Origin: Lytechinus pictus
Lineage: Eukaryota
Reading direction: 5' to 3'
Assembly (NCBI RefSeq): GCF_037042905.1
Contig: NC_087251.1
Coordinates: forward strand, 18,602,001 to 18,666,000
Length of the DNA stretch: 64,000 bases
In this document: piece by piece, positions 1 to 11,969 of the stretch
Position numbering within the stretch: position 1 is the first letter of the stretch
How the letters are laid out: each line of letters starts with the position of its first letter
Notes under the pieces: model-generated
Databases searched by the model: none
What the model was told of the DNA's origin: nothing
Seen by the model: only the letters and a program-made list of their open reading frames with translations
Made by a program: the position numbers and the translations under genes

Positions 1-248
1 ACTGATATAGTAAGACTCTCACTTTCGTTCGTGATCACTCTTCATTATTCTGAGTTTTCTGACAATGGAGGAATTCTTTTCAAGGATAATCAGAAACAGG
101 ATACATAATCATGAAAACATAACAATTAATGACCATGTTCTCTCAGTGTGTTTTCAACACAACTATAAAATAAACTTGCTTGAAATATTCAGACAAACGT
201 TGCGTCAATGATCAATGGAACAGTGACTATATAATCATACAAATCTTT

Positions 249-398
249 TCAATATATAAAATGAAAACAATATATATTCTGTTTAACCTTTGTCAAATCT
301 AGTGGACTTGATCCTAAAATTTGTCAATATATGAAATGAAAACAATATATATTCTGTTTAACCTTTGGCAAATCTAGTGGACTTGATCCTTAAAATTG
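249..398 (+). repeat. Tandem direct duplication, 2 x ~75 bp
   Basis: caatatat(a/g)aaatgaaaacaatatatattctgtttaacctttg(t/g)caaatctagtggacttgatcct occurs twice back to back. Confidence 0.9.
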
Positions 399-574
399 AA
401 TTGAGCGATAATAAGTTTCATTCTCTACCATTGTTCGAGAAATGTTTTCATCCCCAAAACAGAAGACTAGTGGGCCTCAGTGATATAAAAAGAATGCTGA
501 CTAGCATGATCAATGTTATTTTTGCACCCTCCAATCTATTAAGTTGGTAAAAGCTCAAGATAAAAGTCCATTAA

Positions 575-850
575 AGGCCTGGTCCTACTGGCCGATGGAC
601 ACAAAATGTATTCATAACGGATACAGTGGACAAGCGAAATTTTGGGGTGGCTCCATCCGTTTTCATCTGCTCTTGACAAGGGACAAAATGGGCAAACAAT
701 GAAATCACAGTGGACGGATGCTCGATGGATATAGAGCGTATGAAACACGTATACAAAGAGTACACAGCGGATACATAATGTTTTCCAGTGGATGGCAAGA
801 TTCTTTTCCATTTTACATCCTCTCTGTATCCGTAAGTGCAGTGGGACCTT
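575..850. mobile_element. Degenerate MITE
   Basis: Imperfect inverted ends ggtcctactg / cagtgggacc next to TTAA; internal (a/g)cggatac repeats. Confidence 0.45.
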
Positions 851-1032
851 AAAAAAACATCTTGAAATTCATTTTTAGGTTGGGATCTTATCATTATTTT
901 ACGCAATCATCACAAAAATGACAGAATGCAATATTTGAAAGATAACTCAACAAAATTCTGTTGAGATATCTTCCCAATAATGGGGAGTATGAAATCACAT
1001 CAAAGTTGGAAGGGCTAAATCTAGTTGTTTAC

Positions 1033-1068
1033 CTCAATATAAATTGGTACTCTCCTCTGTCAAAATAC
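1033..1068 (-). CDS. HHAT: HHAT-like coding exon 8 (36-nt micro-exon), (R)YFDRGEYQFIL(R)
   Basis: ttttcacag acceptor and gtaaac donor; phase 2-2, in frame with the preceding exon; aligns by eye to RYFDVGLHNFLIR of human HHAT. Confidence 0.88.
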
Positions 1069-1668
1069 CTGTGAAAATTAATAAAATTATTTCAGTAATA
1101 TAAACATTGGAAAATTACTCTTAAAATTATTATGAAATCATCTAAGTAAGCGATTAGATAACAATAAATATACACTGATTTCATATAGTAAATTTGTGAA
1201 TGAATTTTATAATTGATGACATATAGGATCTTGCAACATCCCATATCTGTAAGACTATGACCCGAGTTATGGCATACAATCACACATATCTACTAAGACC
1301 ATCAATGGTATGGTCAGGGATAATTCAGAAACAGTCCAAGTAGGTTAGGAATATTCATATTGGTAGAAAATTAAACTTAAAATAATAAGAAAATGCAAAA
1401 CAATGTATCATGTCCATTTAAGCTATTGTGACATCATGGAATTGCATTCAAGCTTACAATATGCATAATAAATATTGTCTGTTCATTCACAAAGTCTATA
1501 TTCTATCAAAAGAAGCAATTATCCCTAGGGCCATGGCAGAAGTATCAATTTATCTGTTTTCCATCATCTTTTCATGCCATTGAAAATATCAATCAAGAAA
1601 TCACTAACTGAGGTGAGCTTCAAACCCTACACCTACTTTTCCAGATCCACACTATGAATTCAACTAAC

Positions 1669-1819
1669 CTCCATCCATGTGTAGCCATCAGTATAGTCTG
1701 CATGCATGCCGGTAAGCCTGGAGTCAAAACCCCATCAAATATAGCCATAGCCTTAGCAAAACCATAGTATACCATATACTGTAGCTGAAATATGATGGTA
1801 CACCACTCTCCCAAAGCAA
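1669..1819 (-). CDS. HHAT: HHAT-like coding exon 7, (L)ALGEWCTIIFQLQYMVYYG...DGVLTPGLPACMQTILMATHGW(R)
   Basis: tttttag acceptor, gttagt donor, phase 1-2; matches the HHAT motif DGLTPPALPRC...GMWR. Confidence 0.9.
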
Positions 1820-2539
1820 CTAAAAAAGAGTGAATAATACTAATAGTAATTAAGATTTTTCATTAGCAATTTAAAAATGTTGCATTTATTTATTAATTTG
1901 ACAATATTGATTAAATTTCTCTTTCACCATTGTATCACAGAAACTAAGAAATTGATTTTTAAAAATAACCTAATAATAATATCTAAAGACTATCAAAAGT
2001 ACAAATGTCATTGATGAAATAGAGAAAGCAAGAACAGTCGCCATTACTATTGGCTCAGAATTTAATCCAAGTACACAGTGACTGAACATTGTGAGAATTG
2101 AAAGATACAAAAACGAAAGTAATTAAAATCTATTATGCCAGGTAAAAAGAAGATTATTTTCTGATTAAAAGTCCTTACTACAGAGGTAATAAACATTTAA
2201 CAGTGCTACTTAATTTAAATGAAATATAAATGCAGAAAGCACAAAAGTCAGCAAAAATACAATTGAGATATAAAAGGGAGCTTTATTTGATTCTGATTGA
2301 AAAATATCATCAAAGGATATAGACAAAAACAAATGCTCAATTGGAAAGGCATTTGCCACCAATTGAGATAATACCATACCAATAATACTGTTCCCCTGTC
2401 TTCAAGGATGCATTCCACATTTGTCAGTGTCTTCCGGCAAACATCAATAATGTCTATTCTGGCTTACATACTTCAACATAAATGCACCCTATATGAAAAA
2501 AATCATGACGACGTAACTACGATTCAAGTGTATACTTAC

Positions 2540-2711
2540 GCAATGCAAGTACAGGTAACTTCTCAAGATATTGAGGTAGTAACATAAAGCTGGAGAAATA
2601 TATGAAATGATGGATAAACTCCAAGAAGATGGCACAGAGGAGTGGGCGGAGCCACATAAGACACACCCATCTGAATTCTTTCATGCTTGATGGGTGATAG
2701 GGATTCTTGAT
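2540..2711 (-). CDS. HHAT: HHAT-like coding exon 6, IKNPYHPSS...LEFIHHFIYFSS...LPVLAL
   Basis: ctttgtcag acceptor, gtaagt donor, phase 0-1; resembles the ELMAHLMY region of HHAT. Confidence 0.88.
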
Positions 2712-2847
2712 CTGACAAAGAAATACAGAAATTAATTTTTGGTGAGATATCTCATTAAGCAACTAATTTCCATGTACTCAAGTTAACAATGCACCATAAT
2801 CTTTTCTTATCCAGTCCACTGGAAACAGACATCAAACGACCACTATA

Positions 2848-3918
2848 CAGAGCATCCCTAAAAAAAAAAAGGAAACCCATTTTCAGAGATAGATTTTAGT
2901 ATTAAACATGTTTTTACTATATGAATTTGACACTTATGGTAAGAGTGGAATCTCATCTTTAATTTCAGACCAACAGCTTAGCAAATCACTCACGTATGGC
3001 AGATTACTAACAATAAATATTGAGGCCTATCAGAAACTATTTGTGCAGAAACTTAACAAAGAATACAAAAGAAATGCTAATGAGCCAATCGTCAAATAAG
3101 CATGGTTGTCATATCACAAACCAATCTTGTTTAATTTTTCTGCGCGACCTGATTTTGACATTAAAGGGGAATGAAACTTTTAGAATAAGTAGGCTTGTGT
3201 CGAAACAGAAAAATCAAAGAAACAGATCAAAGAAAGTTTGAGAAAAATCAGACAAACAATGAGAAAGTTATGAGCATTTGAATATTGCAATCACTAATGC
3301 TATGGAGATCCTCACATTGGCAATGCGACAAGGATGTGTGATGTCACATGTGAACAACTTTCCCTTTGATGGACTATAAAATACCCCCAAAATGTCTCTT
3401 TTTGCTTTTTCTTATGGTGATACAATCCATGATGTATTCTTTAAAAATCTGTATTACATGCCCTCCTGTAGAAAGAATACATGATCTACTGATAGATGTG
3501 ATAAAAGAGGCAATTTAAGTGAAATATGTACTAATGTAATGGGGAGAGTTGTTCACAAGTGACATCACACATCTTTGTCGCATTGCCAATATGAGGATCT
3601 CCATAGCATTAGTGATCGCAATCTTCAAATGCTCATAACTTTCTCATTATTTGTCTGATTCTTTTCAAACTTTCGTTGATCTGTTTCTTTGATTTTTCTG
3701 TATTCACACAAGCTATCTTGTTCTAAATGTTTCATTCTCCTTTAAAATTTCATTCTCATCTAGCTCATTAAAGCATGAAGTGTTCATCACATATTCGGTA
3801 TCAAAAATGTGGAAGAATAATTGAATTGTCTGATGATGTAAATGAAATATCATATTTAATTTGCCTTTGAAGAAAAAAGATGTGGGAATCCCCATTTTCT
3901 TTTTTCTGGGATGCACTG
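2848..3918. mobile_element. Tc1/mariner-type non-autonomous element (TA TSD), interrupted by a TTAA MITE
   Basis: TA|CAGAGCATCCC...GGGATGCACTG|TA inverted ends with A/T tracts. Confidence 0.75.
3165..3741. mobile_element. Palindromic TTAA MITE, family A (Kolobok/T2-like)
   Basis: TTAA|AGGGGAATGAAAC...GTTTCATTCTCCT|TTAA with ~200-bp inverted arms; homologous to 22278-22860. Confidence 0.9.
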
Positions 3919-4477
3919 TATATTCACTATTGGAATGAAAGAAATCAGCACTGAATGGTTAACATAGATCTATTATACATTTGTGTCACAAAAGCGTCAC
4001 AACAGTATCATACGATAACGACAGCTAGTCACAAAAGGCAGGCCGAATTTAGCAAAACATATGAAAATGTGGCTCTCACATCCATCAGGGAGTACAATGA
4101 AAACAAAGGATGCATCCATTGGATGATCCTTAAATGAGGCAAAGCCTCAGGGAAAATGTGGTGTTAGATTGGTCTAGACTGAAACAAGTTTCTCCTTTTT
4201 TTAAATGTAGTTTGGCCACAACAGGGTTATGCTTTATGTTGGCTATTTCTTTGCATATATTGCTGCATACATGAACAAAATGCAGCATCATAAACTCTAG
4301 AAACGGGCAATTCTATCTTCATTTTTGTTACGATAGTTTATTTCAAATTTTTTGGAAAGTGACTAGTACTAATACATATATATCAGTATATTATATCGGG
4401 TATGCCTGCTTTTCTCTGTGAAGGTCAAATAACCAAAAATGCCACTTGAACACTTAACCTGGGACAATTTCCGTTTG

Positions 4478-5200
4478 GAACTAGAAATTTGACGTGTCCA
4501 AAGGACGCAGATGCCCCCGCTTAACGCGATCAAAAATTCATCAGGGTTCCCACAGAAATTTGAAAACAGAATTCCATGACTTTTCCATGACTTTTCCATG
4601 ACTAAATTGCTGCTTTCCATGACTTGCTTTTTGGCACGGTTTCCAAATCAGACACATTATGATGGCCTCCATAACCTCCCCTCACAGCCATCCATTCCAC
4701 CCACTACCATACTCGTGACATGTACATCTACATGTATTATCATTGGTATGTGGTCTGTTTCTGACCAGGGTACAGTACCATTTTCGTTTCACCAACATCA
4801 AGATTTAAGCCATTCAGCCATGAGGTAAATGAAATTCCATGACTTTTCCATGACTTTCCAGGACCACAAATTTTTCCAGGATTTTCCATGACCGTGGGAA
4901 CCCTGTTCATTCAATATGATTCAACTTAATATTGTGCAGAAATCAATATGCATATATATATAAAATGAACAAATTTAGACCTTTGAACCAACTCGCATAT
5001 CTAATGAGCTGTGACCTTTGACTTGCTGACACCGAATTCGAACTAAGCCTGTATCTTGGTGTTATCTACCTACACACCAAAATTTTTAAAAATCCATTAA
5101 ATATTTTTCGAGTAATTGCGCAGAAACCAAGTGGGGGGACGGACGGACAGGGGCAAGGCTTAATGCCCTCTCCGGACTTCGTCTGCTGGGGCATAACAAA
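4478..5200. mobile_element. HINE/DINE-like non-autonomous element carrying a nested MITE
   Basis: aactag start; subterminal inverted atgcccc / ggggcat; tgacctttgac core; (GGAC)n near the end; short hairpin; class assignment is inference. Confidence 0.55.
4542..4905. mobile_element. MITE with CAGGG ends and 5-bp TSD (hAT5-like)
   Basis: TTCAT|CAGGGTTCCCAC...GTGGGAACCCTG|TTCAT; internal ttccatgac repeats. Confidence 0.88.
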
Positions 5201-5216
5201 AGTGAAAGTCATTTAC

Positions 5217-5468
5217 CTGCAAAAAGAAAGTCTGTGGCGTCATGAAGGGGCCATGGGTGCTAGTAGGAAGATAGAAGACATATAACAGGTAATCCCAGAT
5301 AGTCCAAGAATCCTCTTTATCCTTCTTACTCTCATCCTTACTGCTTTCATCTTGATCTCTCTGCTGCTTCACGTAGCCAACCCCAAAGGCAATAAAACGT
5401 AGACAGCAAAAGGCCATGGCTATGATGAACTTGACACGGTATTCTCGGATTCCAGGAAGTAATGAGAT
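5217..5468 (-). CDS. HHAT: HHAT-like coding exon 5, ISLLPGIREYR...LRFIAFG...YLLYVFYLPTSTHGPFMTPQTFFLQ
   Basis: cattaccag acceptor, gtaaat donor, phase 0-0; MBOAT motif YxFYxP....GP. Confidence 0.92.
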
Positions 5469-5903
5469 CTGGTAATGGAATGTCATGAGAACATGACAAG
5501 AATATTGTATTTATTAAAGCCTTTTCCTCCATTTTCTGCAGTTTACTTATCTGAGAGCAACCAAATACACCATAAGTGTAAAAAGTGGAAGGGAGATTGA
5601 TGTCAGGGCTCTTTCTGATGACAAATTTCCTAAGGGGTTTCTAGCAAACTTTCTGTCAAATTTTGCCCTAAATAAGACACTGTTCTTCTCTTTGTTATCT
5701 AATTTGAACTCTTACTTCATGCATTAAGTATGTCCAAACCTACAGTACATTCTGCTAAAAGTTCCTGGCAAAGTATACATTCCTTTCGAATTCATCAATA
5801 TACAACAAAATTAACAAAAATGTGGAATGACAGAACTTGCTCCTACCTTTACATACAAGAAATCAATTAATTTCATAATTTTTATTGATATTTGAATCAA
5901 TAC

Positions 5904-6101
5904 CTGCCACTGAGAGAAAGATCCAACCACAGTGAATGAAAGCTGAGAGAGGACAGCTATCCATATCAACCATGTACGTCGACCAAGGATTGCAACTAAG
6001 TAGGCTATGATGGCATGGAGTAGCAAGAGACCAAAGACTTGAGGACTGACAATGACTGCAGTACTCATCACAGATGAACAGATCAAGAAACTCTTCCGGA
6101 G
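5904..6101 (-). CDS. HHAT: HHAT-like coding exon 4, LRKSFLICSS...LLLLHAIIAYLVA...FSQWQ
   Basis: tttttgtctag acceptor, gtattg donor, 198 nt, phase 0-0; hydrophobic, resembles VLLHTTISFCVA. Confidence 0.88.
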
Positions 6102-6640
6102 CTAGACAAAAAAAAAGAATAACACAATGATTGTGACTAAAATGTGATAATCTATCTGAAAAAAAATAAGTACAAAGGGATATTCTAAAAACGAAAACGA
6201 TTACTTTTAATAAATAAAATAAGATGGGTCATTATTTGCAAGCAGTAAAAAGTTTATGCCTCCACCATTACTATATAATGTGTATTGCTTACTTATGGAA
6301 CATTCATGATCAAATCAGATTATTATTTGAAGTTGATCAATAAAATATTTATTTTATCATTGCAAATATGAAAATGTGATGCATGGACAAATGACCTAAG
6401 AACACAATGCCAAGGCAGCCACCCATGGCTGGACTAGGCATAAAAATAATCTAGCTACATGTAATCTCTTTACTCTTTAATTTGGAACAAAACTCAACCA
6501 ACTATAACAAAAGGGTCTTGAACAGATATTTCATATAAAATGGCCCCACAATGATTTACATGTAAAACAAGATGATGAATTGTGTAAATCAGAAGCATTT
6601 TTAACTCATTTGATGACTACTTATAGAAAGTCCTTCTTAC

Positions 6641-6757
6641 ATTTGGTAGGTATTTAGAGACAAATAATCCACCTATCAGATGTCCTGCATATAGAGCCAG
6701 AGATATAGGATGAAGGGTAAAGAACTGCCAATGGATCCATTCCCCAGGCATCATATC
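6641..6757 (-). CDS. HHAT: HHAT-like coding exon 3, DMMPGEWIHWQF...YAGHLIGGLFVSKYLPN
   Basis: ccctcatag acceptor, gtaaga donor, 117 nt open; resembles DATDFEWSFW...LLGH. Confidence 0.88.
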
Positions 6758-6809
6758 CTATGAGGGACAAAAATACATAGATGGGACTCATCAAAATAGT
6801 GCATTATAT

Positions 6810-7604
6810 AAGTCATGATAGAGAAGGACATTGGATATTACAGAAAAATAAAACATTTAGCACTTCCTCTAAACATTAACATCAAAATTCCTTTTCAAAA
6901 GTCTGGATACTTAAGCTTTGCTTGGAGCAGGAATACAGAAAGCACTATACAAAACAACAAAAACGAATTCATCAATGGGTACAAACTTAAAATAAAACTA
7001 CACAAAATAAAACACTACTTTCAATATCAAAACAATTGATACTTGAGAGCATCTTCTTAAACACACTTATATTAGGTCACTGCTTAAATTTATCGATTAT
7101 TGTAACCTAATTGAGCACAATTATCCTACTAGACAGAAGAAAGGCCAACAAGTAAATCTTCCAAAACTAAAAACAACTCAAGGCCAATTTTCACTTTCTT
7201 TTCTAGGTAGCAATTTCTGGAATAAAGTACCAGTCGAAATCAAATTGAAGAAATCAAGAAAAAGTTTTAGGAATTCTCTAAAAAGTTATTTGTCTTCATA
7301 AATTCACACCATCAATGTGTAAGTCTACATTAGATAATTAATACAATTAAGGTACTTCAAAAAATGTTGATGATAACCCTTTACAAGGAGTATATTGTAA
7401 ATTAGATTTTTGTTTTGTTTTGTTTTTCCTTCTTAAATGTGCATTTTGTAATATTTGTGGGGCCAGGCTCGATTAGCACTTGTGCTATTTTCTGGTCCCA
7501 TTTACCATTGTATTTTTATACATGTGTAACTGTTTTGCAATCTGTTTTATAACCTGTAAACATGTGAATATTGTTGGTAAATAAATAAATCAAATCAAAT
7601 CAAA
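6810..7604 (+). mobile_element. 5'-truncated CR1/L2-group LINE 3' end
   Basis: Frame reads HNYPTRQ...GQFSLSFLGSNFWNKVPVEIKLKKSRKSFRNSLKSYLSS*, typical of an ORF2 C-terminus, followed by a 3'UTR and an aaataaat(caaat)n tail; left boundary approximate. Confidence 0.8.
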
Positions 7605-7689
7605 ATGTAATGCATTCCAATATTTTTGGGCAAACACAGAAAATTACCTATCAATTTGAATGTTCTTGGGATGTAAAGAGGGATATGTG

Positions 7690-7840
7690 ATGATGACCTG
7701 GCTTTGTACGTAGATTGGCGAACTGTTAGAAGGACAGGTATGAAGGAGCTGCCCATTGAGACATTTAAATATGATGGTTAGAGACTTATGTCCAACTTGA
7801 TTTTTTACTTTCAGCCAGTGTAATTCTCTTATCATGGGGG
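7690..7840 (-). mobile_element. L2-type LINE ORF2 fragment
   Basis: IRELHWLKVKNQVGHKSLTIIFKCLNG resembles the L2 LHWLPV..RI.FK motif. Confidence 0.6.
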
Positions 7841-8892
7841 CTGTGTGTGTGTGTATATGATGACCCTGGCTGTTTTATTCTGTAATTTCTGTGAACGATT
7901 TAGGTTATTACACGTGACGCCATTACACAGAAGATAGAATATCCAGAATATATCATCTTAAACATATGGTAACTATATAGTAACTATCCACAAATGAAGA
8001 TATATCATAATACTCAAGGGGGTATTGCCCCCCCCCAAAAAAAAAAAAATATATATATATATGAAAGAACAGAATTTTGAAAATATAGCCCCAACAGAAA
8101 AAAAAGATTTTCCCTATCCTTATGTTTCCCCTTGATATAACATTTCTTTTTAAATATACACCAGTTGGTGAGAAACCCTCATTCACAAGGAAGGAAGGAC
8201 AAGTTTGACCACTTTTCAGATGATATAACATGAGAAGAATTGAATGAAATATACAACAAAACAATACATTACAACTAATTCCTATTTGCTTTCCTGAAAG
8301 AAAAAAGGAAGGAAATACTAAGAGGACTAGCCTTGGCCTTTTGCAAATACCATAGGTAATTGATTCCGTGTTGCTAATCTGGTTGGCAACACATGACCCA
8401 CAAAAACATAACAAACTTCCTTTAGACTATGAAATGATGTCTGAAACAAAATCTGTTATGTATTTTGATTATTTTTCAATATCGCTAGAGAGAAAGTTCT
8501 TCAAAAGATGGGATGTTATTCTGAATTATCAATTACTGAAAATACATATTCCTTAATTGCTCAAAGTTGTATTTTGTAAGTTGTAACCATTAATAATGCC
8601 AATTTAGAACCATAAATACATGTGAGTTAATGGCATGTACAATTTGATTTATAACAAGGATCAATGTAATAACAATCTGTCTGAGGGCAGTAAGTGTTGA
8701 GAGATAAAAGTTAAACTAAGAAGCCAATTATAGTCATCACTATGGCAAAGATGCCAAGTGCACCCACACACTTAAACTATCGAAAGCAATCGAAATTCAT
8801 GCCTTGGTCTTCGCCAGTTAACAAATACATGTAGATTACACATCCAACTTCTTGACCTCTGTGACCTTTGACCATGTGACCCTAAACCTAAT

Positions 8893-9292
8893 GGCCCGAA
8901 TTCACAAAGGAGGTTTTAAAAACCCACGGTTGAGTCCATGGTTTATGCAGATTTCCTGTATAAATTACGCTTAATTTAGCGCGTATCTGGCGCGTGTATA
9001 AAAAATGTCCAATTCTGATGCACGCTTTTATCACAGTGCGCCAGATTGACGCCTGTTACCATGGTAAGATACGCTACTTTATTCATGAGTCCACTGTGTG
9101 AAGAGTGGACTCATGAATAAAATAATTAACAGGCGTCAATTTAGCGCACTGTGACCAAAGCGCGCATCAGCATTGGACATTTTTTATACACGCGCCCGAT
9201 ACGCGCTAAATTAAGCGTAATTTATACAGGAAATCTGCATAAACCATGGACTCAACCGTGGGTTTTTTAAACCACCTTTGTGAATTCGGGCC
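8893..9292. mobile_element. Near-perfect 400-bp palindromic MITE, 3-bp TSD (PIF/Harbinger-like)
   Basis: AAT|GGCCCGAATTCACAAAGG...CCTTTGTGAATTCGGGCC|AAT; arms pair almost to the centre; inserted in an older tgacctttgac-type repeat. Confidence 0.92.
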
Positions 9293-9629
9293 AATGAGAT
9301 CCTTGTCAAGCCAGTAAGTATACTTGGACCAAACTTAAAGTCTATCCATAGAACAGTTCTGCACATATCTTGAGAACGAAAATGAGATGAACAGACAGAT
9401 AGGCAGATAACCCCAAACATGCCACCAGCAACCAGCTACTGTGACCAGAGATATAAAAAAAAGCATGATCAGAAAACAGTCAAGTAGATGAATTATAATA
9501 ATAAAAGTCAGAGAAAAAAGGTTTGATTGAGAAAGAAAATCTTTGTCTGAAATGTCAAAACCAAAATGTTATAGCTCTCACACTTTTTACATAAGAAGCA
9601 AGCAAAGTGGGAAGACACATAAAACTTAC

Positions 9630-9703
9630 TTGGTACCTCCTTCCCAAGATGTCCCAACCTGGCTGAAGTAGACCACGCCCATTAATTGTCTTTATCTGGA
9701 AAT
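9630..9703 (-). CDS. HHAT: HHAT-like coding exon 2, (D)FQIKTINGRGLLQPGWDILGRRYQ
   Basis: cttcacag acceptor, gtaagt donor, 74 nt, phase 1-0; joins exons 1 and 3 in frame. Confidence 0.88.
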
Positions 9704-10270
9704 CTGTGAAGAACATTATCATTTGTATAAAAAAAGAACACCTAAATGCATAAAAATGATATTGTTAACAATGTATGAAATAATACACATTTCACAACAA
9801 AACATTATAAAATCCAAATTGATTACAAAAAATGATGAGAGGCTGATAACACTAAAAGGGTAATTTATTCAAGTCACTACATGAGGTATCACTACATGAG
9901 GTATAGTGCATTCTTCAAAAAAAAAAATTAGCTTTTTACATCTTTTCATACAAAAATTCTGCAAGAGTCCTTATCAAATATCAAACAAAGAAGGCATACA
10001 TATACTTGTATAATATGCACTTTTCATTACCACTTCTACAAATGACAATACCTTATTCAGGACTGTAACCACAAGAGGTGCAGACGGTGATTTGACCCTG
10101 AAACCTCCAAAACATTTCCAGAAAATTAACATAGATTCAATATGAAAGGTAACTTGGAATGAGCAGAAGCAGGAAAAATAATCTCTGGACTGACAACAAT
10201 TTCTTCCCTGAATTTGAAAATCTTTAATAATAAATAATTCCGCATATACAAAAATTAATAAAACTGTCAC

Positions 10271-10496
10271 CTTGTGAAGCTTTGAAGAGTTTGAATGTGG
10301 CATAACAATAAACAGTTATAACCACAAAGCCATAAAGCAGCAGTTCAAATATAGGTAGTTGAGGGCTTGATCTTTGACATGCTCTTACAGATTCCTTTTC
10401 CTCTTTGATATGCTCTTCTCCTTGTGAGGCTGATGGTACATCTGGCTTTCTTTCCTTCATCTCACTGTTGGCTACTGATGCATTTCTTAGCGCCAT
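10271..10496 (-). CDS. HHAT: HHAT-like coding exon 1 (ATG at 10496; exon acceptor at 10506)
   Basis: MALRN...QLPIFELLLYGFVVITVYCYATFKLFKASQ resembles human MLPRWELALYL...FYEVYKVS; (ct)n-cag acceptor, gtgaca donor. Confidence 0.88.
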
Positions 10497-11969
10497 TATT
10501 TCTTAGCTGAGAGAGAGAAAAGAAAGGAAAAAAATATGTATAGTCTATTTAGATGTACAAAATTAGAATAGGAACCTTGCAATAAGTGTGAGTGGATCAG
10601 GGTCTTGAAATGCAGCCTTCTTCATTAAAAAAATTGTAAGTCAGATTGTTTCTAACATTGACAGGATGGGCACCACGTCGAGTCTGAAACTAATGTTTTC
10701 CATTAAAATTTTCTAATTTTTCCATCTAATTTTTCTGTTCCACATGAACAACAAATATGGCTGTACCAAGTAACTAAACTCATTCAGTTTGAATACTGTA
10801 ACAAAGAAATGTGATATCAGGCTCCACACTAACCCTTTTTTCTAATGGTCCATCCTGTTTATGTCGGACCAGTAGATACACAGTTTTTCCATTTTTTACT
10901 GATCAGAACCTAAAATTTACTGGTCCAAAAAATAAAGAAAAACAAAAAAAATACTTGAGTTTATTATGCTGTCTTGGTATCTACATATTGCCATCCCCCC
11001 CAAAAAACTAACAGTACACACACACACACACAACATAATTCACGAGAGCCATTTCTCAATTTTAGAGAGCCATTTTTTTAGATGCCGGAGCCATTTTTAT
11101 AGTTTACCAAAGAGGAGAAAATATCATTTGTTTCATTTTGATATATATTTCACTGGTCAAGTCGGACCAGTAAATCTGGCTTTTTCTGAAAAGTTACTGG
11201 CCTGACAGCAATTTATACTGGTCTGGGACCATCACCAATGTTGCACGATGCCTTGATGCAACAAGCATAATGGGTGAATAAGTAGATCGGTGAAGTGTCT
11301 ATAAAATTGATACGATTAACTTTTTTCTTACACTTTGATCAAAAGTTCGAAATGACTTTCTGTCCCTGTATAGCATAAAGTCAGGGAGTCATTGTCTTTT
11401 TTCAGTTATAAAATGTATTCAGAACCAGGTCCAGGATTACCATTATTAAAAAAGCTTGCTATTCTCCCGGGGGGGGGGGGGGGGGGGGGCACTTCCATTG
11501 ACGAGCATGACATGCGTGACCAAAGAAACACTTAAAAAGGATCTTAAAAACGTACAACATAATAAGGGTGTAAGAAACGCTTAAACAATGAAAAAAAGGT
11601 ATACAGGTTTATATTTCACTAGGAAAAAAAATGCGTGTGTTTACGGTCCAATTTGCGAGGGTATAAAAAGACTAATAAAGGATGTACTTTTTTTTTTCTC
11701 TGAAAACCGTGTTATCTTCAGCTCCTCCCACTCTGCATCTATTTAATCCAATCAAATGCACTGTTAAAGAACAGATCGCGCAAAATTTTCAGGGAAAAAT
11801 GAGTGCGCGCATGCCTAGACACGAAGCCTGCATTGTGATATCATTTTGTAAGAGCATAAGGTAAATAAAAGTTAGAGCTACATGTAGATAGAGACTTGGG
11901 AAAGGGTCGATTGTTGCAATTAAGAATGGATTATTTCAGACAACATGGGTACAAAATTATAACGGGAGA

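Noticed and set aside
7953..8414. 153-aa minus-strand ORF
   Set aside because: Crosses homopolymer and (TA)n tracts, has F/I-rich AT-bias composition, and does not fit the HHAT exon chain
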